64,000 nt of DNA from Octopus sinensis (lineage: Eukaryota). Position numbers and translations under genes: made by a program. The stretch covers positions 101,432,001 through 101,496,000 of the forward strand of contig NC_043000.1 of the NCBI RefSeq assembly GCF_006345805.1, written 5' to 3'. This document shows positions 49,528-61,960 of this stretch, in pieces. The notes beneath the pieces were generated by a model. The model was not told the DNA's origin, searched no databases, and saw nothing but the letters and a program-made list of their open reading frames with translations. The number at the start of each line of letters is the position of its first letter. Positions within the stretch are counted from its first letter, which is position 1.

Positions 49528-50499
49528 TGAAATTAAATCATACATATATTATTAAGGTGGTCCTCCAGCATGGCTGCACTCAAATGACTGAAACAAGTGA
49601 AAGAGTAAAAGAATACAAGTTGCGGACATGGCTGTGAGGTTAAGAAGTTTGTTTCACAACCATGTGGTTTCAGGTTCAGTTCCACTGTGCCACTCCTTGA
49701 GCAAGAGTCTTCTACTATGGCCCTGAGTCAAGCAAAGCCTCGTGAATGATTCACAGAGGTTTACATTCTTTATCTATGGACCCCTTTGATTATTATTTTA
49801 TTCTGATCAACCCCCATAGCTATTTGATGTTTAAAAACTGGTTTTATAGAAACTTCTTCCAAAATTCCTATTTTGTTTTTCACACATTAACTTGTGTAAG
49901 TTGAACTATGTAACATGTTAGAGAAAGAAACCTAGCTTTTTCTTGCAATGCATACCAATACATAAATCTAAAGCAAAATTTTTTCAGGGGTCCTTAAAAT
50001 GATATTATGGGTCTTCAATTTACTCTTTTATTGTGCCGACCCCCAAAAGTCTTATATGGACTTTCAAGGGCCATATTGACCCTGGTTCAGAACCACTGTG
50101 TTAGATGGAAACTGAAAGAAGCTTGTCATCTGTATACATGTGCCTGTGTGTTTGTCCCACCACTACTTGACAACCAGTGCTGGTTTATGTGCCCATAACT
50201 TAGCAGTTCAGCAAGAGAGACTGATAGTATAAGTACCAGGTTTAAAAGAGAGTAAGTACTGGGGGTGATGATGGTGCAATAATTAGCTAATATCAAGGGT
50301 CTTCTATCATAGCATCTGCTCCACCAAAACATGTGTGAAATATAGTAGATAGAAACTATGTAGTAATTTGTTGTACAGACCTTTCATGTTCTTTGGACAG
50401 CAAACTTAATTTCTCACCACTGCCTAACCCTTGGATGCATATAGTCAACTCCATCGTGTTACAAGCATTGATGCCAGATCTGTAGTCTGAAGATAACTT

Positions 50500-50507
50500 C
50501 CTGCCTG

Positions 50508-50539
<32 letters not shown>

Positions 50540-50700
50540 CTTCCCTTCCTTCCTTCCTTCCTTCCTTCTTTCCTGCCTTCCTTCTTTCCTTCCTTCCTTC
50601 CTTCCTTCCTTCCTTCCTTCCTCCCTCCCTCCCTCCCTTCCTGCCTGCCTGCCTGCCTACCTTTCTTCCTTTCTGTCTTCCTTCCTTCCTTCTTTCCTAT
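50500..50700. repeat. (CTTC)n/(CCTG)n polypyrimidine microsatellite
   Basis: Source of the REGRK-type ORF 50356-50712. Confidence 0.9.
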
Positions 50701-51515
50701 CCTAATGTCCATGTAAAAAACACCATGAATGCTACCCTTTCATGTCAAAGACAAGTATCCTTAATACAGTTGTTTACATGCTTTATAGAATTACTGGAGC
50801 TTCTTTTCCCACATTGTATTATTTGAAGGATATTGGAGTTATTTTTTTCAAACATACAAATAACTTTAAAAGAAATCAATTTTACAGTTAGAAATTTTAT
50901 TATTTTTTAAAAAATATAACAATCTATTGTTTACTTTGCCTTTTATGAACCATACTTGTGTATAACAACATTATAAATTTTGCTTCTCAAGACTCTTAAA
51001 TATTAGTATGGATTTTCAAAAGACTTTAATTATACTTTTAGAATTACTAAGCTAAAAATGTAGAAAAAAGTAATTCAACTATTCTTTACTGTGTTTTGTT
51101 AATGCTACTGTATGTAACAAAATTATGAATAACATGTTTTTCAAGGTGCTCTCATATATTACTATGGATTTTTTAAAATCTTGAATTATATATTTTTCAA
51201 AATTTGCAGTAGACTTAGATAACTCATGCAGTGCACCAGTGTATTACAGCATGCTGAGCATTGTGTGTTTATTGAGCATTTAGCTGAGCTGCAACATCTA
51301 AGCAGATAAAGAGATTGTACAGAAGATTCTTTGCCGTGTCATGTTTTAAGCCCCTTTTTTTTTATTTCCAGACCACTTGAAACCTATTTGTATTTAACTT
51401 CTTTCATACCAGCCCACTTCCTTCTTTTAAAGTGAACTAAATTAAAATCTATCAAAATTTCATCTTAATTTGTTCCAAACACCAAGAAATTTTACTGAAG
51501 TTACTATTAATTTAA

Positions 51516-51725
51516 CCTTTTAGTGTTCCGATTACTCTGTCAAATGTAATGTTTACTTATTCACATTGTTTTAAATTAATCACACATTATCTTGTAAATT
51601 CGAGATTTTGATATGATTATTTATTTTCACAAGGGTATAGTTGTGAGAGACCAGGCCTAGCTGGTTTGAATATAAAACAGGTAGAATTATTTTGGTCAGA
51701 TATGGCTGGTTTAAATGCTAAAGAG
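51516..51725. mobile_element. piggyBac-type MITE (same family as 23028), older copy
   Basis: TTAA|CCTTTTAGTGTT ... AATGCTAAAGAG|TTAG. Confidence 0.65.
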
Positions 51726-54519
51726 TTAGATGCTTGTGTATTTATATGGAACTATTATAACAGAAAAAGTTAAATCAAAATATCAATGTAAATCTTGTTG
51801 CTGCATTAATGATACTCTAATGCCATCAGGTAAATACTTGCCATGTGCCATCTGATATTGTTACTATGTGAATATTGTGATCTGAGACTATTTTTTTCCA
51901 TGCCTCTTATTCTATAACATTTTATCCTTGTTTTGAAAGTAAAAAAAAAAAAAACACACGGCAGATTCAAATTCAATGTGGAAATCATAGTTACTAATGT
52001 CATTGTTAAAATATATTTCAACTTCGTTGGTAACAATTAAAACAGGAATTTAGTATGTACATCTTAAAGTAAGACAGCAATCTCATATACATACACACAC
52101 ATCAAAGGAACTTTATCCAACTTATTGTGACCAACATAGATCACTCCATCAATAAAAGAGGCAGAAAGTGGACTTTCTTGCCCTGTAGCCTTTTTTGGCA
52201 AAATTTCCTTAACCAAAATCCCCAAACATTCACCCAGTACTGGTAAAGTTTACTTCTTGAGTCATTTCAACCCACAAGATCCAGTTTCCTGGTTTCCATA
52301 GCATGTATATTCTCCACCTGGATGGGGCACCAGTCTGTCACAGGATTACTCATTTTTGCCAGCTGAGTACACTGGGACAACATGAAATGAAGTGTTTTGC
52401 TCAAGAATACAGCGCATCACCTGGTTCAGGAATTGAAACCACAATCTTTCGATCATGAGTTCAACACCCTGACCACTAAGCCATACACCTCCACTCACCC
52501 AGTACTGAGAGAACAATATACCTTTACAGATAGCAAAGTAAATTAAAGTGAATGAGTTGATTTAAGATTAAAAGAAACCACACAAAACTAAATAAATTCA
52601 CTCCAAAGTCTCTGGACAAAATTCATAAACTCATCTTTGACTCTTACTAAAAATTTAATTAAAAAAATGTAAAAAAAACATGTATGGAGTATCCAAGTCT
52701 TCCAATCAAATTCACAAGAACAAGACAGATTGCTTGATATGTTCAGTTATAACCTATACTCAGATAATAAAGTAAATGCTAAAAAGAAAAAAATAATCAT
52801 GAAAAAAAATTTAATTTAAGGTTATAGAAAATCCATATTAACACATGAGCATGTTGAAGAATATGTTATTCATAATTTTGTTACATACAGTATGATTAAA
52901 AAAAAAATTAAATAATAATTATTTTTCTCAATTTTTTTAAAACTTTAAAACAATTTTTTAAAAGTTTTCATGTGAAGTGCATCAGTAATTTAAAATATAA
53001 TTAAAGTCTTTTGAAAATCCATACTAATATTTGAGTGTCTTGAGAACCGTAATTCATAATGCTGTTATACACAAGTATGATTAATAAAAGACAAAGCAAA
53101 CAATGGTTTGCTATATCTTTAAAAAAATTTGAACTGTAAAACTGCTTTCTTTTAAATTTTCCATGTTTCCTTGCAAAACTTGTCAGTCACTTTTTTTTTA
53201 ACTTTTCACTTAGAATATGACAATGATTTTTGTTTGATCATCATTATGCTATGAAGTCAAAAATATCAGAACCACTGTTTTAATGTCTCTATTACAGAAA
53301 TTCTCATTCTAAGTTCTAAATCTATAGAACAGCATAATCAAAATAAATCTATACAAGTAAACTACTGATCTAATTGCTTAAAGGACCAAAATCTAAATCT
53401 CTTTCTGAATTGCAAGAATTCAAAAGGTTATGGTGATCATTTTCCCTTTCTATAGCAACAAAAAGATGAGAAGTACAGGTTCTCCTGGATAGGTGACAAG
53501 TCTAATGCAGATATTAATTTTTGACAAAGAAAGAGTAGAATTTAACACTACAAGCCTTCATCTAAACACTCACTAAATGTTCAATATCAGTTTACTAGAC
53601 CAACAATGGTATAAGCTAGTAATGGAACCTCAACATAGTTGTTGCTTGTGTTGTTGCTGTTGTTGTGGTTGTGGTAGCAGTAGTTCTGTTGATCCATGCC
53701 ACACCTGCAGGCAGTCAGCCAAATAACTATGATCAAGTCACAAATTTGTTTCTCTATTTACACTGTCTCCACTGAGTTGAAAACCATTGAAAGAGTTTCC
53801 ATGTGGTCATTCAGCTTGCCAACATTGCAGTCAAACATCTTTAAGGTTCTAACCTGACCTTTTGTAAATTAGTGACTATACCTCTGTCACAGTTTGACTT
53901 ACTAAAAATAATAGCCAAATATCTCTGAAATTTAGATAAAATGACATACAAATAAGTAAAAGTCATAATAAGTCATAGTACCTTATCTGAAATATAAATA
54001 TTTTCAATGATTTAATATGGAGAAAACGGCTGTGCCCATAACTTTTGAAAGGTGTCCAGTACCTGTGAGACCAATGTAGTTGATGTTTATGTGAAACAGT
54101 TGCAGGGGGAAAAAAATACTCACACAGGCAAGGGCAGTATTTTCAGAAGGCTGGCAATATCAGAAAAGAAAACTAGGTATAGTGGCTAGTGCAAATCTGC
54201 TGGTGTGGTCACAATATGGGTGGCAAAGGGAGGAAAGACTAGTGGGTTGGGTGGACCTGAGTGGTGGTAATTGGTGGTGGTGGTGGTGGTGGTGATGGTA
54301 GTGGTGGTAGTGGCAACAACAGTGGCACTGTGAAGATCAGCCAACTCGAGTGAGCGGGAAATGCTATGGCAGTGGTAGAAGATGCAGAGAAAAGACAGTA
54401 TGTCCGTGTCATGCAGAGGTTAGAGTGGTGTTAGTGAGCAGTTTATGCATTGATAGTGAGCAGCTTAGGCCAGTCTAACATATTGTGTTTCTTACAATGT
54501 GAGTTAGGAAGTCTGTGTA

Positions 54520-55215
54520 TGTCAGTAGCACTAACCCAAGTGTGGAAGATGTGTTCCATTGTAAGTTTCAAATGAGCTTTGTAGGGAGTTAGCAGTTGTT
54601 CAGGGATGAAGTATATTCTGGTCTTGAAGACTACGGCCAGTCTTTGTTATGTAGCCTTTGCTATGTTGAAGGTGTGTGTTTACCTGGAGAGATCCTCACT
54701 GATGGTGAGGTCAGCATTTGTGGTGACCTTGTGGATTTTGTGTATTTGGTGTTGATGTTTAATGGAATGGAGTATTATAATAATTATTTTTTATATATTT
54801 ATAGTTATTGTTTCTTAGTGCCATTGAAAGAAGCAAGTTTGATATGACATCGTTATAGGATCACTTTTGAGAATGTCCTTGTTCACAGAGTCAGTGTAGA
54901 TATGAAATGAGGGTCCAGTGAGCACATGGATGAGGCATTTGGGTATGGAAGCTTAGTGAAGACTATACAAATTGTATAAGGTTGGGTGCTATTGGGGGGA
55001 ATGACATGTAAAGTGATTTTATAGTAAATTGTTGATGGGCAGAAGAGTGCATATAACAAAATTGAGCTTTGAATCGTATCAGAGTCGATGTGTAGGCTAG
55101 GGAGGGTTCTTCCAGCACATGCTACAAAGGTGTGATCTGACAAGATGCTATCAATCCAAGAGATGGTAGACAGAGGAAGGCTATAGGTGGGTAGTTTTGC
55201 TTGAATATTCACAAG
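54520..55215 (-). mobile_element. Decayed CR1-type LINE reverse-transcriptase fragment
   Basis: Minus strand ISWIDSILSDHTFVAC...IDSDTIQSSILLYALF (cf. WI.SFLS.R..V...I.SGVPQGSVL.P.LF), ..LASFNGTK.., IAKAT*QRLAVVFKTRIYFIPEQLLTPYKAHLKLTMEHIFHTW. Confidence 0.7.
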
Positions 55216-56324
55216 TCAGATACGGCTGAATTGTCAAGAAAATGCATTTATATTTGAAAGGAAAAATTGATTTTAGCCAACAAATCTGAAAATATTTCCT
55301 TAACTGATATATAAACACTAAATTTATATTGAAGTAAAACCATTAAAATTGTGAAAGGCAACAAGAACTGTGATGCAAGGATTAAAGATTGCTCAAACTT
55401 TAAATAATAATATTTTAAATTGCTGATTGTTAGAATTATTAAAGAACGAAATGAATAAGAAGAAATAATGTTTCCTTTTGGCTTTTTCTTTTTTTAAAAA
55501 TAAAGTACCAAATGCTTCAGGCAAATTTAAATTTAAAAGATTCAGTTTATAGAGTAGTTATATATAGGAATTATTACAATTGCATATAAAAGTTTTTTTT
55601 AAAAAGAGAAAACCCTAACATTAGGGAAAATAATAACTTCAGGCAAATATCTATAGAAGCTTAAAATATCTTAAATGGTTTTACTTGTGTTAGAATATTC
55701 CATAGATTATTTGAGGTTCATGTTTCTTTAGGGATTATTTGTGGTTCATTTTTTGTTAAAGGGCTGCTGCTTCAGTTACAATAAGGTATTTGTACTTCTT
55801 TAATTCGTCACATTCATCTTTCCTTTAAAGTCTCAAATATGGTATGTGACCTGAAGCATAAAGACAAGTTGTTTACTGAAGCAACTATGGAAAATAATCA
55901 AAGCACTCCAATTAATTAAAATGATTGAGATAAGGCCATTGTCAATTTACGTTTCCTCTTGACTGACTTGATCTCAATAGAGAACAGCAAATGGAACAAC
56001 TTGAGTAAAATATACTTTTACCTTTCAACACCTGCTACCAGAAACACTATGAAAATAAAAAGACAAAAAAGAAAAGAATTATGAAGAAAGAAAACAAAAT
56101 ATAAAGGTGTATTCAAAACATCAATAGCATAAATTTATATGCTTAACTAGCTGAATTATTAAAACATTGACTCCTTAGACTACTTAGAGTATAAATGGGG
56201 TCAGCTTTGCTTTCATACTTAAGGGACTGGTAAAATAAAGGTGCCTGCTATGTGTGGGGGTTGATCAACTAACCATCCACTTTCCTCCCTACAAAATTGT
56301 CTTGTACCTAAATCATTGACATTA

Positions 56325-56571
56325 GTTCAATCCCAGTGCATGGCACCTTGGGCAAGTGTCTTCTACTATAGCCCCAGGCTGACTAAAACCTTATGAACTG
56401 ATTTGGTAGGCAGAAACTGAACGAAGCTCATCCTATGTATGTATGTATGTATGTATGTATGTATGTATGTATGTATGTATGTATGTATGTATGTATGTAT
56501 GTATGTATGTATGTATGTATGTATGTATGTATGTATGTATGTATGTATGTATGTATGTATGTATGTATGTA

Positions 56572-56631
<60 letters not shown>

Positions 56632-56880
56632 TGTTTGTGTATGTATGTATATATCTGCATGTGTGTGAGTCTTTGTGTCTGTATATATTCCTGCTTGACA
56701 ACTAGTGCTGGTGTGTTTATGACCCCCATAACTCAGTGGTTCGGCAAAAGAGACTGGTAGAATAAGTACAAGGCTTAAAAAAAATAAATCCTGGGGGTTG
56801 ATTTGTTCATCAAAAAACCCCTACAAGGAAGTGTTCCAGCATAACCACAGTCAAACGATTGAAAGAAGTAAAAGAATAAA
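56325..56880 (+). mobile_element. SINE family A with an internal (TATG)n(TG)n expansion of about 200 bp
   Basis: The core and tail flank a pure (TATG)n run from 56433 to about 56577, followed by (TG)n. Confidence 0.85.
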
Positions 56881-57244
56881 AGAATTATTTCATAAGGAGA
56901 ACCATGACAGGCAGCAAAATCTGTTTTGGCATTGCTTCCGTGGCTGGATGCCTCTCCTAACACCGACCATTTTACAGTATGTTAGATGTTTTTGTCATGG
57001 CATCACTGCTAGTGAGATTGCTTTCGACTTACATGGCCATATAGTCCAAAGGAACCCCGATAAATAAAGGTGAATAGGAGATAGAGGTGTGTGTGTGTGC
57101 ATGTGTTCCTTCTCCTCTACTTGATAAGTGGTGTTGGGTTGTTTAGGCCCCTGTAACTTTGCAGTTTGGCAAAAGAGAATGATTGAATAAGTATCAGGCT
57201 GAACAAAACAATAAGTACAGGCACTGATTTGTTCAACTAAACAG

Positions 57245-57590
57245 CCCATGTTTCACTGCCGTGAAGCATGGCATTTTGCACACATGCATCATACAATCTA
57301 CCTTTTACTCTGAGCAAGAGACCTTTTGTCACCAGTAGGGGTAGAAGCTTTCTAAACTTTGCCCAGGCTATTCTTATTCTGGTGGTGACATTCTCTGAGC
57401 ATTCACCTCCACTACTAACTTGGTTACCTAGGTAGCAGAAACTATCAGCTACTTCTAGTTTCTTTCCCTGGAGTATGATGGAATCTGTTCTCTGAGTATC
57501 CGTGGTGTCTATTGCCCCTGTGCATCTGCTGCACACGAAAGCTATCTTCTCGGTTAATTTTCCTTTGATGTTGCTGCACCACTTATGCAT
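57245..57590 (-). mobile_element. RTE-clade LINE ORF2 fragment
   Basis: HKWCSNIKGKL...FVCSRC...LEVADSFCYLGNQVSSGGECSENVTTRIRIAWAKFRKLLPLLVTKGLLLRVKGRLYDACVQNAMLHGSETWAV, showing the typical RTE F.YLG and Y..CV...LxGSETW motifs. Confidence 0.9.
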
Positions 57591-57755
57591 TCATATATAT
57601 ATATTTATATATAAGTATGTTGGTGCAAACAGGAAAACTAAAACTCAAAATAAGAATATATTCTTTATATTATATATTTAGCAGAAGCGCCAACACACGA
57701 AACTCTTGGACCTTGAGTCACTCTGTTACTACTGCTAAATATTAATAAAGTATAT

Positions 57756-57813
<58 letters not shown>

Positions 57814-57843
57814 ATTTATATATATATATACATACATATACAC

Positions 57844-57877
<34 letters not shown>

Positions 57878-58403
57878 ATATATAAATATGCATGCATATA
57901 TATGTATGTAATGTATTGTCTTTGGTGTATAGTTCTCTTTCTATGTGCCTGTATGTCAACACAAAGAAGAACGAATTGTTTGAAACCTATTCAGCTATAT
58001 AGAATGCATTAATGTTTAAATGTGATTTCATTTACGCCTTAGCACATTCTATAATTGTTTGAGGAAGAAGAAAAGGCTATTCAGTTTTCAAGAATGGAAA
58101 AGAAAGACAGAAAGAAAGAAAGAAAACGAGAGAAGAAAAAGGGCGTGAGAAAAAGAGTAGGTGTTAGTAGGGGGTGTCGATGACAAAAATAAGTATTGAA
58201 TTGAAATATAGCAAATAAATAAATAAAAAAATAGGTAAAAATAAAATTGGAAAATGGAACAACAAAACAAAAAGAAAAACAAGATAGAAATGTTAAGAAG
58301 GAATAAAATTAAAGGAAAAACTGTTAGAAATATGAAACCCACAAAAATATCAACAAGAAAGATTGGAGGGGAAAATGACAGGAAAGAAGAAAGCTTAATA
58401 CTT

Positions 58404-58435
<32 letters not shown>

Positions 58436-59053
58436 AGTGATGGTGGTGGTGATGATGATGAAGACATAAAGCTAATGTTTCTTTCATTTAATAAATAAAT
58501 TGTTGTTTCTTTTTATGTTTCTTTTTCTGTGAAATTGTCATGGTTATTGATTTTCTTTTCACATGATAGCTTAGTTCCATGCTGATTTTGGTGTAGTCTT
58601 TCTAAATAACAATCCCCTAACATGTTACTGGTAAATGTAACAATTATTTTTGGACTCCATACCAGTATGGCCCAAGATGTTTGTTTCACAGTAATATATG
58701 GTTTTTGGTTCAGTCTTACTGTATGGCATCCTGGGTCTAGAATCTTCTGTTCATAGCCCCCAGGCTGGCTGATTGCTGCTTTGTGAGTAGAATCTGGTTG
58801 ATGGTAAATGTGGGCAGAGAATCAGCAGAATTGTTTAGAGCTTAGTTACAATGCCTTGTAGCACTTGTTTGAAATCTCTGCATTCTTAATTCAAATCTCA
58901 TGGGAATAGCTGTGTGGTTAAGAAGCTTGCTTTTGAACCATGTGGTTATGAGTTCAGTCTCATCATGCAGCACCTTTGGCAAGTCTGTTCTGAGGCCAAC
59001 CAAAAGCTTGTGAGTAGATAGAAACTGAAAGAAGCACATCTTTGTGTGTGTAA

Positions 59054-59090
<37 letters not shown>

Positions 59091-59278
59091 TATATATATA
59101 CATATATATATATAAAAAGGGGGCAAGCAACAGGTTGCTTAGTCACATACCGAAAAATTAGAAATAGCAGTCAAAGACTGTATATTTCTATTTTCTACAA
59201 ATAAGACTCCACATACAACATATCCATGTAATTCACAGGTGGCTAAGCAACTTGTTGCTTTCCCCCTTTTTATTTATA

Positions 59279-59356
59279 TACAGATATATATAGAACTTTT
59301 TTTTTAAAAAGTTCCTACCGATAATGGTTATATTTACATACCGAAATCTATCTGTA
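59279..59356 (+). ncRNA. Type III hammerhead-like fold with mutated core
   Basis: TACAGATATAT-A|TAG-AACTTTTT..AAAAAGTT-CCTA [stem I] CCGATAA-T GGT..ACC [stem II] GAAA TCTATCTGTA. Stem III pairs at 10 of 11 positions. Confidence 0.4.
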
Positions 59357-60094
59357 AATAATTGTTGATTTTTTTAAAAACTATTAATTATTTACCCTTA
59401 TATTATTATATATATAGATATATATATATATAAGTAAATGTTGAGCAATAAGAATGAGTGCACAACACAGCATTGGAGAATAAAATTTCTGTATTTGTGT
59501 ATTTAGGCTACCATTGGTTTCCTTGTTAAGGAAAATATGGTATCTTAACAATTTTTGAAGCCAATCACATGGAAGAGTGATATTCATCTCCAAAATGGAA
59601 ATGAACAGCATTCCTCCATGTGATCAGCTTGAAAAATTGTTAAGCTATGAAGATATTTTTCTTAACATGAGGCCAATAGTTGCCTTGATACACAAATACA
59701 CACACACATACATACACAACCCATAAAGTTAGGAGGTACGATTGATCAATGGATGTTTCTTTAACCACAAGACTTCCATAAGATTATGCCTGTTTCACAG
59801 CCTTCTTTATGTAATATTGGTTATAAATTCTGGCACAAGGCCAGCTTCTGCATATAATATTAGTTTCAGTATGAAAGAAATTTGCATACATGTTTGCATT
59901 AATATGTATGCCTGGCATTATATAATACAATTGCATATTCACCAGATCCTCTGGATTTTCAGTTACATGGACACTACATTAATTACACTTTTTTGTAATT
60001 GATTATCATGTGGACTGATTGCCAAGTCTGCAGAAAGAGCTTTCTGTGATAAATACATAATCCTCTGAAACCACATCTTTTACTACTATTTATG

Positions 60095-60750
60095 TATCAC
60101 TTAAGGTGGAGGAAGGTTGTGGAAGAGGGTAACCCAGGAAGACATAGGATGGAAGTTCTGAAGGCCGATCTCAGAACACTGAACCTTACAAAGGAGATGG
60201 CAGAGGACTGAGATATCTGGTGCATTGCTGTACTTGAGAAGACCTGCCCACCACAACAGAATTGAGATTCTAAAACCCAGGTGCCACATAAAAAAGCACT
60301 GGTCCAGTTGCAACTAAAAAAGCACCTGTGATAGTGCCACATAAAAAGCATCCAGTACACTCTGTAAAGTGGTTGGTGTTAGGAAGGGCATCCAGCCATA
60401 GAAACCAAGCCAAGACAGATGATGGAACCTGGTTGTGGACCCTAATTTTACCAATACTTATTTCTTTATTGCCCACAAGAGGCTAAACATAGAGAGGACA
60501 AAGAAGGACAGACAAAAGGATTAAGGCGATTACATTGACCCCAGTGTGTAACTGGTACTTAATTTATCGACCCTGAAAGGATGAAAGGCAAAGTCGACCT
60601 CGACGGAATTTGAACTCAGAACGTAATGGCAGATGACATACTGTTAAGCATTTCGCCCGGCGCGCTAACGTTTCTGCCAGCTTGGTGCCTTTTACCAATT
60701 CTTGTCAAACTGCCTGACCCATTAAGCATAGAGAACAGATATTAAATGAT
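60095..60750 (+). mobile_element. RTE LINE 3' end interrupted by a family B SINE (60460-60690, minus strand)
   Basis: LKVEEGCGRG*PRKT*MEVLKADLRTLNLTKEMAED*DIWCIAVLEKTC; TSD TTTACCAAT(A/T)CTT at 60447-60459 and 60691-60703. Confidence 0.85.
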
Positions 60751-60765
60751 AATGATGTATGCATA

Positions 60766-61285
60766 TCTATATATATAAAACTCTAGTTGTGTGAGTGTCT
60801 GTCCCCTTCGATTTAGATTCCTAACTCCTCCCACATTTTGCGGTGCAGTTTAACCAAATTCGGGTATCTTATAGTCGTGATTCATATCGAGCCCGTCTGG
60901 CTATTAGCACGCGTCAACGATGAGTCTACGATTTTAAAAATAATTTAACATCAATTTTTATTCCATTTTAATGCATAATCTTTCGTGTATCAATGGCGGC
61001 AGAGTTGGCGTCCATGGTCACACCTGCACCTGTTTGCTTCTCCCCCTTCCCTCCCTCGTGAAGCTGTGGGGAAGGGAGTGTAAAGAAATCAACGTAATGT
61101 AAAGAAATAATGCGTTGTCAAGGAGTCCAGCGTTCTTTTAGAACAACGACTTCATGGCTTGAAGACACCAAAACAGAAATGGCTAAGAAAGCCCGAATTG
61201 GCATCTATAAGGGAAGTAACTCTCTAAAAATGCTTATATAGTTATTTCCCTTACAAACCCGAGCAACGCCGGGCGATACTGCTAG
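60766..61285 (+). mobile_element. Non-autonomous Helitron with an extra internal segment of about 220 bp
   Basis: A|TCTATATATATAAAA start, the same hairpin CCCGAGCAACGCCGGG and CTAG|T end as 22217-22605. Confidence 0.85.
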
Positions 61286-61960
61286 TATATATATAAATAT
61301 ATGTGTGTGTGTGTATTTGTGTATGTGTACCCTTGTCTAGACATGATGATGGTTAATGAGCATCGTATTCATATAAACGGGGTTATTTGTTTCCAGTCTT
61401 CTCTGAAATACATGTCTAGCTAAAGGAAATTATTACCTTGCATTAATCTTATTCTAATTAACCTTTTTCTAATTATGGCAGGAGTTTCTTTCTAATTATG
61501 TCGGCAGTTCCTGAATTTCATTCCCCACATATGTATATGCTTTTTCATTGGTAATGCTTTTCTGTGTATATAAATAAATGTAAATGTTTTGCCAAATAAA
61601 TTGCACTTCATGCTTGAAGCCCTGATGAAGTTCTAAGGTGTTATTCACACACTCAACTATCAGTCCACTGCATCGTATAGCAGAAACGGTTGAAAGCTAA
61701 TGAAATCCATAAAATCATTGTTTATTCCTTTGTCATCTCGGTTTCTTATTATTGCTCTGCACCTATTGTAGAGCATCCCCTTCAAGTGCTGCTACTCATG
61801 CAACTTAACCCCCACCCCTTTTTTTTGCTAAGTCTATTTTTTATTCTATCATTCTATTTCTGTTGAACTGCTAAGTTACGAGGGCATATACAAGCTAACA
61901 CCAGTTGTAAAATTGTGAAATCCAAACTCAGTGTTAGTTATAGGTTTACATACACACATA

